Source: Botryllus schlosseri
Lineage: Eukaryota
Direction of reading: 5' to 3'
Assembly: GCA_051294905.1 (NCBI GenBank)
Contig: CM119385.1
Coordinates: forward strand, 16,182,001-16,246,000
Length of the DNA stretch: 64,000 bases
In this document: positions 51,029-63,561 of the stretch, piece by piece
How positions within the stretch are numbered: position 1 is the stretch's first letter
Layout of the letters: each line of letters starts with the position of its first letter
Program-made: the position numbers and the translations under genes
Notes under the pieces: model-generated
The model's database searches: none
Seen by the model: only the letters and a program-made list of their open reading frames with translations
Told to the model about the DNA's origin: nothing

Positions 51029-53379
51029 CATAGGCGCCGACTTACGAGGTTACGAGGTGGCGGCCACCTCGTACAAACCTCGACATGCTCAAACGCCCAA
51101 GTGATTTGTGACCAGTTAATTTGTAACCAGGCTAATCGATGCGTTAGAGACGTCTTCGATGTCGATACGTGCGTGTGCCAGGCGCGTAGACAGACTAGCC
51201 ACGGTGGTCGAACTTCCCTATTTGAAACGCGACACACCGTCATTTTCAAATGATCAATCTAACTCTAATATTCAGTTGCTATTTAATAATTGTGTCATCA
51301 GTGTTTTGCGCGGCTGATTTGCGAGGAACATGTTGTCAATTAGCGAGAAGCATCTGTGATGATCTTCCGCTGAGATGGTCGCGAAATTAGGTCATTCATT
51401 CCCGTGCGTGTGGCAATCGTCGCTGCTCGCAAGCCTGATTTATCGTGTCCGCAGGCTTGAGCAATCGCTTCTGCAATAGGCCCAGTTCACACTATATCAT
51501 CGCTTGCCTGCGCAATCGCATCTGCATTGGCGGCTTCGGCCTGGTGTGCACGATATCATCGCTGGCCTACACAATAGCATCTGTAATAGGTCTTGTGTGA
51601 AAGGTATCATTGCTGGCTTAACTATCGCGTCTCGGGCATAGCATGCTTTGGCTCCTATATCTCGATGGTTTGGAGACAATGCGGTCGAGTTTACGTTAAT
51701 TGGTGATCGTTCAATGTCATATTGATTTAAAAGCGACATCGCGAAACTGAGTAACATCAAATCGCTGCTAATAGACTTTAACGTGCGTAATTGATTCCCG
51801 TTAATAATTTAACGTAACGATCAGAAGATGTGTATCATGGCTTGAGTTCTGAAAGACGACAAAGGTTTGAAATCGGTGCCATCAAGTTCGGACATTTTGA
51901 TTTGCGAAAACTGTCACCGAGACTGCGTAATACGCGCGCGACCGCGCGTATTTAATTGTTCACCAGCGATCAGGGACTCACTAATTGACAGCACTCGCCG
52001 ACTCTTTGGCAAGCTTATCATACGCCTAAAGTTGTCAATACGAAGAGATTATATGATCGCCGTTTATGCATGTACTTACCCGGATTGAATTGATGCTATA
52101 TTGGTAAATTTGAAAATAAATTCCAAATCCCCCTAATTTTTAGACTGGCTACGCGCCTGGCGTGTGCCGAGAAGCACCATCCTAGATTTCCTCTCCCGAC
52201 CAGGCGCCCAAATAGACGTTCTGCTTTCCTGAAATCTAAATTATGTGCGCCCAACGCCCATATTCGTTTACAAAACCATTCGTGAGTTAGCTAGCTTCTT
52301 GATGGTCTTGGTAATCGGAGCGCGAAATTGGAGGATGTGTTGTTGTGTGCCTGCGAATTGGAATTCATTTCTGCGCAGATTCGTTTCTCTAACAAGGCTT
52401 TGCCAGTAACATTATTCGGAAAATACAGCAATACAGCTTACATACAGATATAATGAGAAAACCGTTGTCGCGGAGAAAGCTACTCAATACGGTGTCAGAC
52501 TCAAAACCCGTTCGTGGCGATACTAATTATAATACACACTTTCTCGTTAGCCATCATCTATATTTCTTGCCTGCTTGATACTTGATACATTGGTACTCCG
52601 AAATTGTCGCACAATGTCATTTTCAGTGTTCCTTTCGTTATTTATTACCGTGCAGTAAGCCATGCCAAGCCATTGTCAAATATTGATGCATCACAAGATT
52701 CTGGGGGGCACAAATTCTGATTTTATTCGATTCGTTTAAACAGTGAACCTTATGCATTCCGGTAAGCTTGATTGCTGGATTTCTATTGATAAGATCGCGG
52801 CATGCGCCCGGAAGTGGAATTAATTCTAGCCGAGAGGTGGGCAACCCGCGGCCGTAGAAGGAAATTTGTGCGGCCGTCAACACGTAATTCAATGCATGCA
52901 AATTGAATTTACGAATTGACCGATGTATTCCCGAAACGCTTCGCGAACGTAAATCGGGAAATGCACCAATGCCGCCCAAATCGCTCTTTAATCTACAAAT
53001 AATTGCCGCGGTGCGAGTTGGTCAACGCGAAGCAAGAAACCACAAGAGACAATTACTGATTGGCTGCGCGATTTCGCGTTTGTAATCATCATTATTGTCT
53101 GCTTGAAATATTCGAGAGTTGTCGCATGTTACTTGGCAGGCTGGTGCGTTTTAAAATTCCATTTAATAACTCGTCTGCATGGTTTGATATGAACGAGTGC
53201 AGGCTGCACGGCCGATATTAAAACGCGCGAATGGTTTAACGCTGCACGTACAGTCGTACACCAGCGGCATGTAGTACTGTAAAGTGTGTTTTAGTGCAAC
53301 GATGACGTGATCGATAAGGAACGATTATGACGTCACAACACTTCGCCACCTCGTAAAAAAATAAAAGTCGGCGCCTATG
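51029..53379. mobile_element. 2.35-kb hAT-type element carrying non-transposase cargo
   Basis: 15-bp perfect TIRs CATAGGCGCCGACTT / AAGTCGGCGCCTATG; perfect TSD CTTGCGCA (51021-51028, 53380-53387). Confidence 0.85.
51340..51895 (-). pseudogene. Decayed ORF with 17-aa tandem repeats (consensus ~SDDIVHTRPIADAIAQA)
   Basis: 51-bp units at 51451-51611 differ mostly at third codon positions; broken by stops, a 1-nt deletion and an 8-nt insertion; starts MSELDGTDFKPL at 51895; candidate 5' UTR intron with donor G|GTAAGT at 52079. Confidence 0.55.
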
Positions 53380-56023
53380 CTTGCGCATCATGGGATGCAA
53401 ATTATAGTATTGATGTGAAAATGCGATACTAACCCTATGTTTACTAGAAGACACTGTTTTAGAGAATATCATGGCATGGTGCCCTACCCCATATTATAAG
53501 GCCCCAAGTTTAGGCGAATAGCAATACGTAGAAGTTGTATCGGATACGGTTTCATCACTTTGCGCGATTAGTATACGTTATTAACAAATATTGTGGATCG
53601 TAAAAGTTATATTTAGAGTAGCTTTATTTTCGAAAAATAGATGCATTACTACACTTGCTTTGATCCTTCAATATGTATGTTCTGCAGACAAAAGAACTGA
53701 GAGTAATTAGAACTCGAAGTATGTTACTTTGGAATTGAAAATGAAATACAAATTGAATATATCACTTCTAAAAACCGGAAAATCTATTTCATGTCTTTTG
53801 TCCATGATCTACTAAAGCAGGTGTAACGTTAAAAAAGCCGGATTTTCCAGATTAGCTGGACACGTCATGGGCTGCTAAAATACGAAATGATATTTAATTG
53901 CTAGATTGCGAAATGGTAGTTTCAAACGTTATGTAGGGCCATTTTTACTGTGATGAAATATTTGATATGGGCGATAATGCGATGTGAGCGGAACCAAGCA
54001 ATCCGGTACCTAAATTATATTCACTGATTTCGTGAAAACATATTTCTGGGCTTTACTTGACTTTTATGAATATTAAATGTAGGTATGCCATGAAAACAGC
54101 CCCGAAAATCCATCGGCAATCTTTCGTATTTGGGGATTAAACTACTTCTACTTGACAAACTGAAAATGGCGAAAAGTAAGTAAGTAGATCACAAAATAGT
54201 ACGAAGTAGAAGTATAAGTAGAGAAAATAAGATCTACTTGAGTAAGTACCAGAAGTAGAGGAAAACTACTTGAGTACTTCAAAAAAGTAGAAGTACTTCG
54301 TTGCTGACCACCTCTGGGCATCAGAGATGAGGGAATATTTCGATAGAGACCCCGGACTGCGCATCGTTTTCGGTATCCCACGAGTGCCTCGGAAATAGCA
54401 GCAGGAAGTCGCGGACAACTAACCATCCACAGCAAAACACTCGCATATTGATTGACTAACGCCCTTTGCTCTTTTGTCGTCTGTCTGTCAAATAGCTGAA
54501 CTATACTGGCGCCGGTGACGAAATTCTATCTCCGGTTTATATAAAATGCACAGGATTTTCCAACCATAAACCACATTCACGCATCTCGACAGAAAATTTG
54601 AAAAAACCAAATTAATCAATAGAATCAAAATTCAAAGAAAAAAACTGATTTAAACCAGAACCCTACTGTCACTAGTAATTTACCAACTATGAATGGTAAC
54701 GTCAGCAGAAGGTAGCAGTCACAACATGCAAACAATGTGCCCACAATATTATTCTATTCGCCTCTATATTGTACTAGCACTAGGCGGCAAACTTGAAGAA
54801 ACCAAGCGGCAAGGCCTGCAATATCTAGAACTATACCAGGTTATACTACTGCGATAGTAATCTACAGGTATTTCGGGAAGAATTTCGAGATAAAGGGGTA
54901 TAGTTTTGCCAAAAACATATTCAAGTCGAAATGGAAGTCATTTTTGTCTGTGACGAAGATAGATACTGCGATTTCTAATGTAGTCGTCTCGGATAGTCTG
55001 ATTACCTGCTAAACATATATGTGACCTTCTCATCACCGATCCCGCTGTAAACACAGTGTCTTAAAAGCCCAAAGGAAGAGTTAGGCCAGCTCCAAAGTCG
55101 GCAGCAGAGACACAAAAGATGGATTGACTGAAAAGTGAGAATGGGCGAGAATGCAAAGTTGCCATGATACCAAAGAAAGGATACTGAACTTTATCATACC
55201 GAGTATAATGGTGCTTAAGTTTCGTCTCATTCTACTTGAGTATACCTTTCTTGTGGACTTAGACCCACTCACTCCTCGTTACTGACCGCATCTGCAAATC
55301 ACGGCAATGCATGCGGATTTAAGATAAAAACCGCAACGGAACAACTGAAAATGGGTATAGGTATAGATTGGCCGACTGTTAAATACGTATCGAGTACGAC
55401 TAAATGTACTCGCACTGGATCTATTCGAACAGTGTTTGTTTTGTAAAATTTACCCTAACCATTATTCTTGCCATAGTTGTCAAATGAAGTCGCGTGATTT
55501 GTCAACGGTATGGCAGGATCATGATTTATTGTAATAAATTATGCTCAGTTGCCGATTGAAATTATTGAAGAACATACAAGAACTGAAAAAGAAGCCGTAT
55601 AATATGATCCATGACAACAATTTGAAGTGTTGGTCTTAACTTCTACAATCTATTAGACTACAGGGGGCACTTCAATCGGGTTATTATATTGATTTTATAA
55701 AACGTCAAACACGTTCTATTTTCCCATTAAGTTCGGAATCACCATGAAAACGCTTCCTGTAACATAACAACACAATCACGTTTCCATACGAGTAAAAGTA
55801 TTGTAACTATGACAATTAAAGTTTACCGATATATAGATGCCAAACGCTTATTGTACCGTTTGATATTGCTGATTCCAACCGCTTGTCGTTCCCCGATTGC
55901 AAGTTGAAGTATAGATTTATACGAAGACGTTGTATTTGAGTGTATTGTTTAGCAATTCAAACAGCAATTGTAGATTTGCAACCTTGGGCTGCGGAAATCT
56001 GGAATTGTGTATGGAGCCTACGC

Positions 56024-56976
56024 CGGTGTTGGGATGACTCGAGTCATTACTTGAATGGAGTCACCTTTTTCGTATGACTTGACGTGACTCGAGTCACTTT
56101 GCAAATAGTACTTGACTTCACTTGACTCGAGTTTCAAAAATGCAGATTTACTCGTGACTCTGAGGAAAATTTACGAGTCAATTCCAAGTCATCAAGTAAT
56201 TTGTGTCGATAAAAATCGCTGCATCATTCATATGTTCGGATAATTCTCGATACGCTGGCGTGATCTATGAGAGCGACCAATTTCATTCATTCAATGATGT
56301 CGCGTTTTGCTGAACCTCCCTTGTTCTATCACAAATAAGTTGACCACAAACGACGTGATTGGAGCTTACTGCGTTGGTTGTCGTCAAGTAGTAGGGAATT
56401 AATAGCAGAGTATCCATCAATGTTCTATCGATTGGTCATTGGTGCCCGGTTCTCAACTTAACCAAACCTCCTGTATAATTCAAATTGATTTCGAATATAG
56501 TTTATATTACTAGTCAACCATTGGCTCAGGCATAAATTGTATCCCATGGATATATAATTGGGTAGAGCATCTTATCACATCGTTTCAACTATCTGAGATT
56601 TCATATTCTATGCTCTATTTTGGCGGATAATTATAGAGGGTGGGTGTACCGTTCCTTACGCAGTATAAAAATTATAAGCATGCGCGAGCTTTACAACGCC
56701 TTTTTGTAAGTCTATATATTCTATAATCGGTCGTCGATTTAAAATCAATGACGAATGCAAGAACTCACACCGCGTACTTCAAAAAGACAACTCGACTTGA
56801 ATTGTGATTTGACTCGTGACTTGACTTGACTTGACTCGACTTGTTTCGAGTTACCTCTAAAATCGAGGGACTTGGCTTGACTCGAGTCACCTTAAAAATC
56901 GACTTGTTTCGAGTAAAAATGTGCAATGACTCGAGATGACTTGGGACTCGAAGGTAGTGACTTGATCCCAACACTG
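56024..56976. mobile_element. CAGTGTTGGGAT-family MITE 300 bp upstream of G5
   Basis: Ends CGGTGTTGGGAT / ATCCCAACACTG; TSD GCCTACGC / GCATACGC; 953 bp. Confidence 0.85.
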
Positions 56977-57275
56977 GCATACGCACAAAATAAACTGCTA
57001 GAAGGTATTACGGGATCAACTAACAGTGGAGACAAATCGCACTACTACCACATTAAGCACCGTCTTATACCCGTTCTTGTGATTAAGACGACGTGCATTC
57101 GCCTACTGTACAACTGTGCCTTATTACGCTAACTGTTATTGCTTTGAAGTTACATGATATTTTTTACAATAATTTAACCCACCATATTGCGTGCAGAATA
57201 AGCCCATACAACCCGTTATTAACGGTAATACATCACATAAGAAGCAGAGCTATATTTCGTTTTAGGATAAGGGTT

Positions 57276-59305
57276 ATGGGCTTGATTCAATTTGGAAGTG
57301 CGGGCGGATTAGGAATTGCGCTGATTTGCGTGCTCGTTTCGTTGTCAACTCCAGGATGGGTTTACGTTACCATCCTGCCAACTGCAGCCGGAGTTACGCC
57401 CGATTATTCGGAGTCGTCGATTGCATGCGGTCTGTTTTACTGCGAACCACAACTGAACAATTTTAACGGTACCACGAAGTACGGAAATGGTCTGTGTGAG
57501 TACAGTGTTTGTGTTTGAATGACGTACCCGGGCATTGGGAATATTGGGAATATTGTAAAAATCAGCGATGTAGCGCGTAAAACGTCAGGAATCCATTATT
57601 CAGCGCATGTCAATTGTGCGAAACGGATTGAATATGGAACGTCTGTGTAAACGTTGATGGGCACAGGCATTTGATAGGGTCGATGATCTAGAGAAGCGCT
57701 TGGAACTTTTTCGGTGCTGCGAATTTAGGTTTCGGGTTACACAAATTTATCATCTATAATTGAATATACTATTTAATTGTATATTGAAGTTCTGTACCTA
57801 CAAGAAGCTGTTCGTTTATCATTTAACAGTTGGAATAATTCGTCTTTTTTAGTAAAGATTGTTCAGGGTACCGCTTGGTCAAAAGGAGCTAAATCATCAT
57901 AGCTGAAATGATCGGCACCGAATAATCCCATGCCCGCAGCTTCGCGATATAAACGCGATTCGCATAGAAAAATAATGTGCCCACTGCCCAGTGACAAAAT
58001 TCAAATTTGGAATCGAAGGAGATTTTCTAAATCAGACACGCCCCTTTTATGATGGTGTAATATTTCGCCCCCCTCTTATCGTCGTATCACAAAATGCAAC
58101 CGGAGTGCTAGCAATCCTAACGGATAGTTTGATGGTATGGAATGTTATGACTGTTGATGACAGTATTCTGAAATATGGTATTTGGACTATACACAGAGCA
58201 ATAACTATGAATTGGAGGTATTTCGCACGGAGCTCGTAAAAAAATTTCAGCTGACTGCAACTTCCGGCCCCCTTCTGGTGCTTTCACGCCCCTAGTTTGA
58301 GAACCACTGCTCTAAATCGTCGTCGGTTCTACAGTTAGCAAGTAGTGAGTAGACATAGATTTATGGTACGGATTAGGTGTTGTGATGATGATGACCGCCG
58401 ACCGTAAAAATGCTGCATAGCGATGTGGTCCCGGTTAAAGTTATTGTTGGTCCGTTTATGACAGTGCTTTTAACCCTTGTCGCCGAAGGATGCACATTTA
58501 CCCTATATTTTCAATTGTCTATGGCCATCCCATGTGACGTCAGAATTAAAGATTGGTGACATCATGGCTAGAATAAAACACACAATAAGAACCTGTTTGT
58601 TTTAAATGTAACCCTACCTGTACTGCTAACTAGCAAAACGTAAAAGATTTTAGGGTAAATTGCGGGTAAATGTGTGCAAGGAAAAGGCCCAACTGAATTC
58701 AGCCCATCCGGAGTTTTATATATCCATGAAATGGCGGAGCAAGCAGATGATAATCGCCCTTATTTATGTGCCACTATTGTGATGATATTATGGCTAGAGA
58801 TCGTGCTCAACATTTTATCCAAGTATACGTGCTGTTTTGCAGACATAACCTCCACCCAAGCCTCTGTGTGTAGCTGCTGCATGTGCGCTAGCCTGGGCTT
58901 CCTCGTGGTCGGCATAATGGTGAATTCGTTTACTGGCAATTTCATCCGCGAAAGACGACTGGCGAAATTTGGTGGAATTATGGGTCTCGTCGCCGGTAAG
59001 AAAAACTGCCTTGAAATTAATATTCAGCTACATTGAAATGAATTTTTCTAACACTGCGGGTTAACATTACCGTGATTTTAGGATTTTTTCTGGCGACCGC
59101 GATGTCTGTTTTCACGGGATTAGCGCTGTCCACCCCATTTTATCGGGACGTTGTGTTTGGCAAGGATAATTTCGGAACCATCTCGTGGGGATACAGCTTT
59201 GCTTTCGGATGGGCTGCAACTGGGACAAGCCTGCTTTCTGGAGTTGTGGGACTTCTCGGAAAGTCCGGGGGTGTATCTCCCGAGAAACACGAGTTAGATT
59301 TATAA
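57276..59305 (+). CDS. G5: claudin-like tetraspan protein, 198 aa, closest paralog of G4
   Basis: join(57276-57495, 58843-58995, 59082-59305); exons 220/153/224 nt, phase-1 introns (1347 and 86 bp), canonical sites; ends EKHELDL; AATAAA at 59334. Confidence 0.9.
58305..58610 (+). repeat. GATGATGATGACCGC-family repeat in G5 intron 1
   Basis: Homologous to 49990-50295 and 63740-63860. Confidence 0.6.
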
Positions 59306-60189
59306 TAACCAAACCTGAATTTGAGGCGTGATCAATAAAATATAACCATGCAATACCCCATTTCGATATTTTGAAGATGTAGTAACACGAGATCCTTAAA
59401 ATTGGGTACGATAAAATGGTATATTTCGAAGCCTACTCGTGTATAATAGAAAATAATTAAAATGTAATTAAAAACTCTCCTCCGGAACAGCGAGCGCCAG
59501 CGTTGGCAAGGCAATCAACGAAATATACGGCGCGACGGGTATTTCGTGAGTGGAAATGGGAAATATTCTTTGGTCAACACCACAGAAGTATCGTAAAAAG
59601 CGGGTGATTCGGAAGTCGAGTTAATGTGATAACCTTGAGTTTAGCGATCTGCTTTTTTCGAAATTGTAAACGAAGCAGAGGAGTTCTAGGCAAAGATTTT
59701 AAGTATAGTGCGATGTTGCTGGTTCATATTTGTGACCATGATAAAGATTCAAAATATCTCGAGCTGCATGTGGCCCCATACGCATTTTACCGACGGTACA
59801 CCAACGGTTCCCAAACTATGTTGTCTGGTTGGAGGCGGCCATTGCATTAATAATAATGTGTTGAAAATTTTGTGGATTTCGAGTAACATCGAAAATGGTA
59901 ATTCGAAATCCAGTAGATCTACATTCAATATACAGAATCCAGATATCATTTATTGGTGAAGCTCTACGCACAGTTCACCAAACCTATACAGACAAAGCTA
60001 ATGCCGTGATTGTATACGACACTTGTGCCTGGAATCTTTCCACAAATGCCAAGAGAAAACCCTGAGGAAGGACGCCCACAGCGAAAGAGAAAGCGCCAAA
60101 AGGAAAGAAGATAGCAATCATAAAAAATATGATACTGTCACATTTACAGTAAAGATGAAATCGGAGACAGCTGCGGTGGGTTCAATTAA

Positions 60190-60370
60190 TATTTGCTGAT
60201 GATACGCCACAAGCAAACAAAGGAGCTCGATTTGGTTGATTGTCGATACCGTGGCAGAGGTGCAACTGAATTTAAGTAAACCGTGAAATTATACCTCATG
60301 GTTAAAACTATGTATACATTGCAAAATATAGGCTTGCTCGAGTTCTAGGCCACATTTTTAGAAATGGACG
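60190..60370 (+). mobile_element. Possible highly degenerate LINE RT fragment
   Basis: Ordered motifs LIFADDT, QLNLSK and VLGHIF in shifting frames; no QG motif upstream, so weak. Confidence 0.25.
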
Positions 60371-61491
60371 TTGATTCCCGCTGCCATCACTTCACACGAA
60401 GGGCTGGCGAAAGACAGGCAATCTGAGGACTATTCTAATACCCGAACGAAACACTCCGTGCCCTATTGTTTTAAAATAGGAGCGAGTGAGAAACGATTGT
60501 TGGAAAATTGAAAATTTATGGCTGTTCTATGAAATATCGCCCAAAGGTGCTCTTATCATGTGATGCCTTTTCGTACAAATCTCATATTGCAACAAAATAA
60601 AATTATTATAACCGCGACAGCTGCTCGAATTAAAATAGGAAGTAGGCAAACGAATAGCTAATGGCCCAGTGCTGTCTCCGATGTATCCAGATGAAACAAA
60701 AACAATGAAAATCGCAAGATATGAGGAAACAAAAGCACTTTGTATAACGCACGATTGGTCGTTACCTAGTTCCAACGACAATGTTCTATTTTTGCTCGAT
60801 CAGAGACTTGGTTGTGGCAACTTAGACTTTTCGAGTAGCTCGCTAATTCGACGCAGATCACTACCTCACTTTCTATGGGTCTTATCCGAGCCTCCCCCGA
60901 GACAGGGCCAAGTGTAAATTAAATAATTACAGAACATAAGATCACAATTTTGCTATTGAAATTTCACGTCAATTTCAAGGTAACGGTTGCAAATTCATTA
61001 ACAACAGTTAACAACACCTCTAGGCTTAACTTAAAATCTAACTAAATGAATAATCGTGATAACTTAAAGATGCGCCAAATAATATATTAATCGAATCCCT
61101 TATATCCCTAATTTAGACTAATTTGAATCACTGACGAAATATCGTTCCCGAAGCCCAGAACGACAAATTGATTAACAAAGCGCGTGGGTTATGGATAACC
61201 AGCACTAAACGGTCAAAGTTACTATTGCTCTCTAAAGCTCATCAACACTCCAACATTTCTTGTATTACATGAGTTGCGTATGGAAGTGGGAATTTCCGTG
61301 AAATTTGGCTTTACTCCAGGTTAAATTTCAGGACAAAATAAAGTATAAACAAACAAACACATTTGATGACTCCAAAACTAGTTTTACACGGGGAGGAGTG
61401 TTAAAACTCAATTTTTATTTTATTCGTGATACAAATGGGCGCAACTCATTCGAACATTCAAATTTGAACCTATCGATTGCGGTTATGGCTA

Positions 61492-61943
61492 TAGGACTGG
61501 GCGCAATGATTCGAATTCTCGAATCTGGATCGAGTATCAATTCTAATGATTCGGACCTAGTAGTGCGAGATGACTTAAATTATGCGCTCCGTGCAACTAA
61601 TAGGCAATGTATCAACGTGAATCATAGTTTCGATAGTATTTTCAATTTTGTTGAAGCCTCGATTGGGCACGAAACATGTATTACTACGCTACGCATGTTA
61701 ATGGAAACGAAACAACATATTCGTGAAATCGTGATCAGCACACATCATTGTCACAAAAGGCAATGAAATATGCACGTTCGAAAAAATGCCAGATTATCCG
61801 TAATTTATTGTGACGTAGAACTGGTATTATATTCTTCGTGGTCGCATAAAAGATATTCATTTGAATTTCTCCACATCATTCCTACTGTTATGGCGTCATA
61901 ATGAACTCTACTAAAATAATCGATTCGATGTTGCCCAACCCTA
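61492..61943. mobile_element. MITE related to the 34321 element
   Basis: Left arm TAGGACTGGGCGCAATGATTCGAATTCTCGAATCTGGATC matches 34321; ends TTGCCCAACCCTA; TSD not matched. Confidence 0.55.
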
Positions 61944-62618
61944 TAGTTGTGTCACATGAGCCATGTCGGCAAATGTCTGAATTGCGCCGAAGGAATTCGC
62001 CGTTGCGCAAACGGTAAGTTCTCATTTCTTAGATGATTTTCGCCCACGTACAACGCCCGTATGAAGTATGCATTTGCACAAGCGCGCGCGAAACTCATTC
62101 CATATACCATAAGTCAATATTTCACAATGTGTGGCGTTTCTATCAATATTGCTTTCTGTTTGTTGATACCACGTCATTTGTTTGGAGTGAGAGTATCGAC
62201 GACAAATTTAAGTTTACATCCGTTGAACATTCGTGATAGCATGATGATTATTCGTGATTGTTGATTCTTTCCGGTTGACCCCCCTCTTTTATTCCTAACT
62301 TCTATTTATGAGCTCGCTGTTGCCGCGGAGTTCATTATGTGCAGAAGACGAAGGGACAAACAGCTGGCACTATTATAAAAAAAGCATGCGTTTTCCTTCC
62401 ATCCCTATATATTGTTTTGACATTGCAGTAGTCCCTCGCGGCTGTTTGTGGTATTCATTGTGTTTTCGACTACAATGATCTTTTGCACAATGGCGACTTG
62501 AAGCAGAACCTATCTCCAGATCGTTTTAAGACACCATTTACGCGGATAAGAGGGCGAGGCGGAGCCTAGATACCCTACAGCACTGAAACACTGTAATATA
62601 CTTTTTAACTCGTTACAT

Positions 62619-62697
62619 GTTGTTGTTGTTGTTATTGTTGTTGTTGTTGTTGCTGTTGTTGTTGTTGTTGATGTTGCTGTTGTTTTTGTTGTTGTTG
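62619..62697. repeat. (GTT)n microsatellite
   Basis: About 26 imperfect units. Confidence 0.9.
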
Positions 62698-63494
62698 GTC
62701 ACCGTGAACACCGATGAGCACCAGAATTGCTAGTATGGTTAACTTGGGATGGTATTTAAGGTGGTGCACATGAAGTCTGAAAATATCAGCGACTTTCAGC
62801 GTGTCGATATCGTCTTGCCAAACCGACTACTCTTAATATATTTTCTTAAACGAGTGAGAAGTGCTACTTTATCGACTTAGTTCCAAGCAATGAGGTATGA
62901 TAGCAATCACGATAATTCATTAAATCTCTCACCGAATACAACTGAATATATGCATCTAACGTTTGACAAATTGGATGTCAGCATACACGGCACAACAAAA
63001 TAAAATGCTATTGTAGGTATACCGCTGCATTTAAAACAAAACTCAATATGAAACAAATGTTTAAAACGAGGCCATTGTTTAAAACATGTTTTTTATTTAT
63101 TTATTTATTTGATTGTTTTTATCCATGACGTCACGAATATCTGATTGTGACGTCACACGGGATTGACATTGACAATCGAAAATAGAGGGTAAATATGGCT
63201 CCTTCGACGAAAAGGGCTTCCGATCACTGTCATGAACAGATTAAAAATATCTTTAAGTCATTTTCTAAGCGTCTTGGTCTTGGCAGTTCCTGGGCCATTA
63301 AACGTCACGGCAATATTCCAATTAAAATCAGCTAATTCTTTCTCCACGGCATGCTACTTCCACTGTCAATACCGTCTCAGCTACTGAGGAATAGTGACGC
63401 CGGGCACATAGAATAGCTTATTGTGAACGACAAGAGCAATATTTTTTAGGTGAAATCAATTTCAGTATTTTAAAATGATTTACGAAGCGTACTT

Positions 63495-63561
63495 CCGAAA
63501 TCTCAAATCAGGTCGCGAGCCGCAGAATATGACCTCACGGGCCGCGTGTTAGTGACCCCTG
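63495..63561 (-). mobile_element. Isolated terminus of the CAGGGGTCACCAAC MITE family
   Basis: Reverse complement of 38004-38070; other end not found. Confidence 0.6.

Larger units (their letters stand above)
50731..54316. mobile_element. CAGAGGTGGTCA-family hAT element expanded to 3.6 kb by nested insertion
   Basis: TIRs CAGAGGTGGTCA / TGACCACCTCTG; perfect TSD GGCATCAG (50723-50730, 54317-54324). Confidence 0.8.

Noticed and set aside
62005-62270. Exon pair around GTAAGT...TTTCTTAG
   Set aside because: Implied intron is ~20 nt, far below the 74-109 bp minimum seen here; ORFs uninformative.
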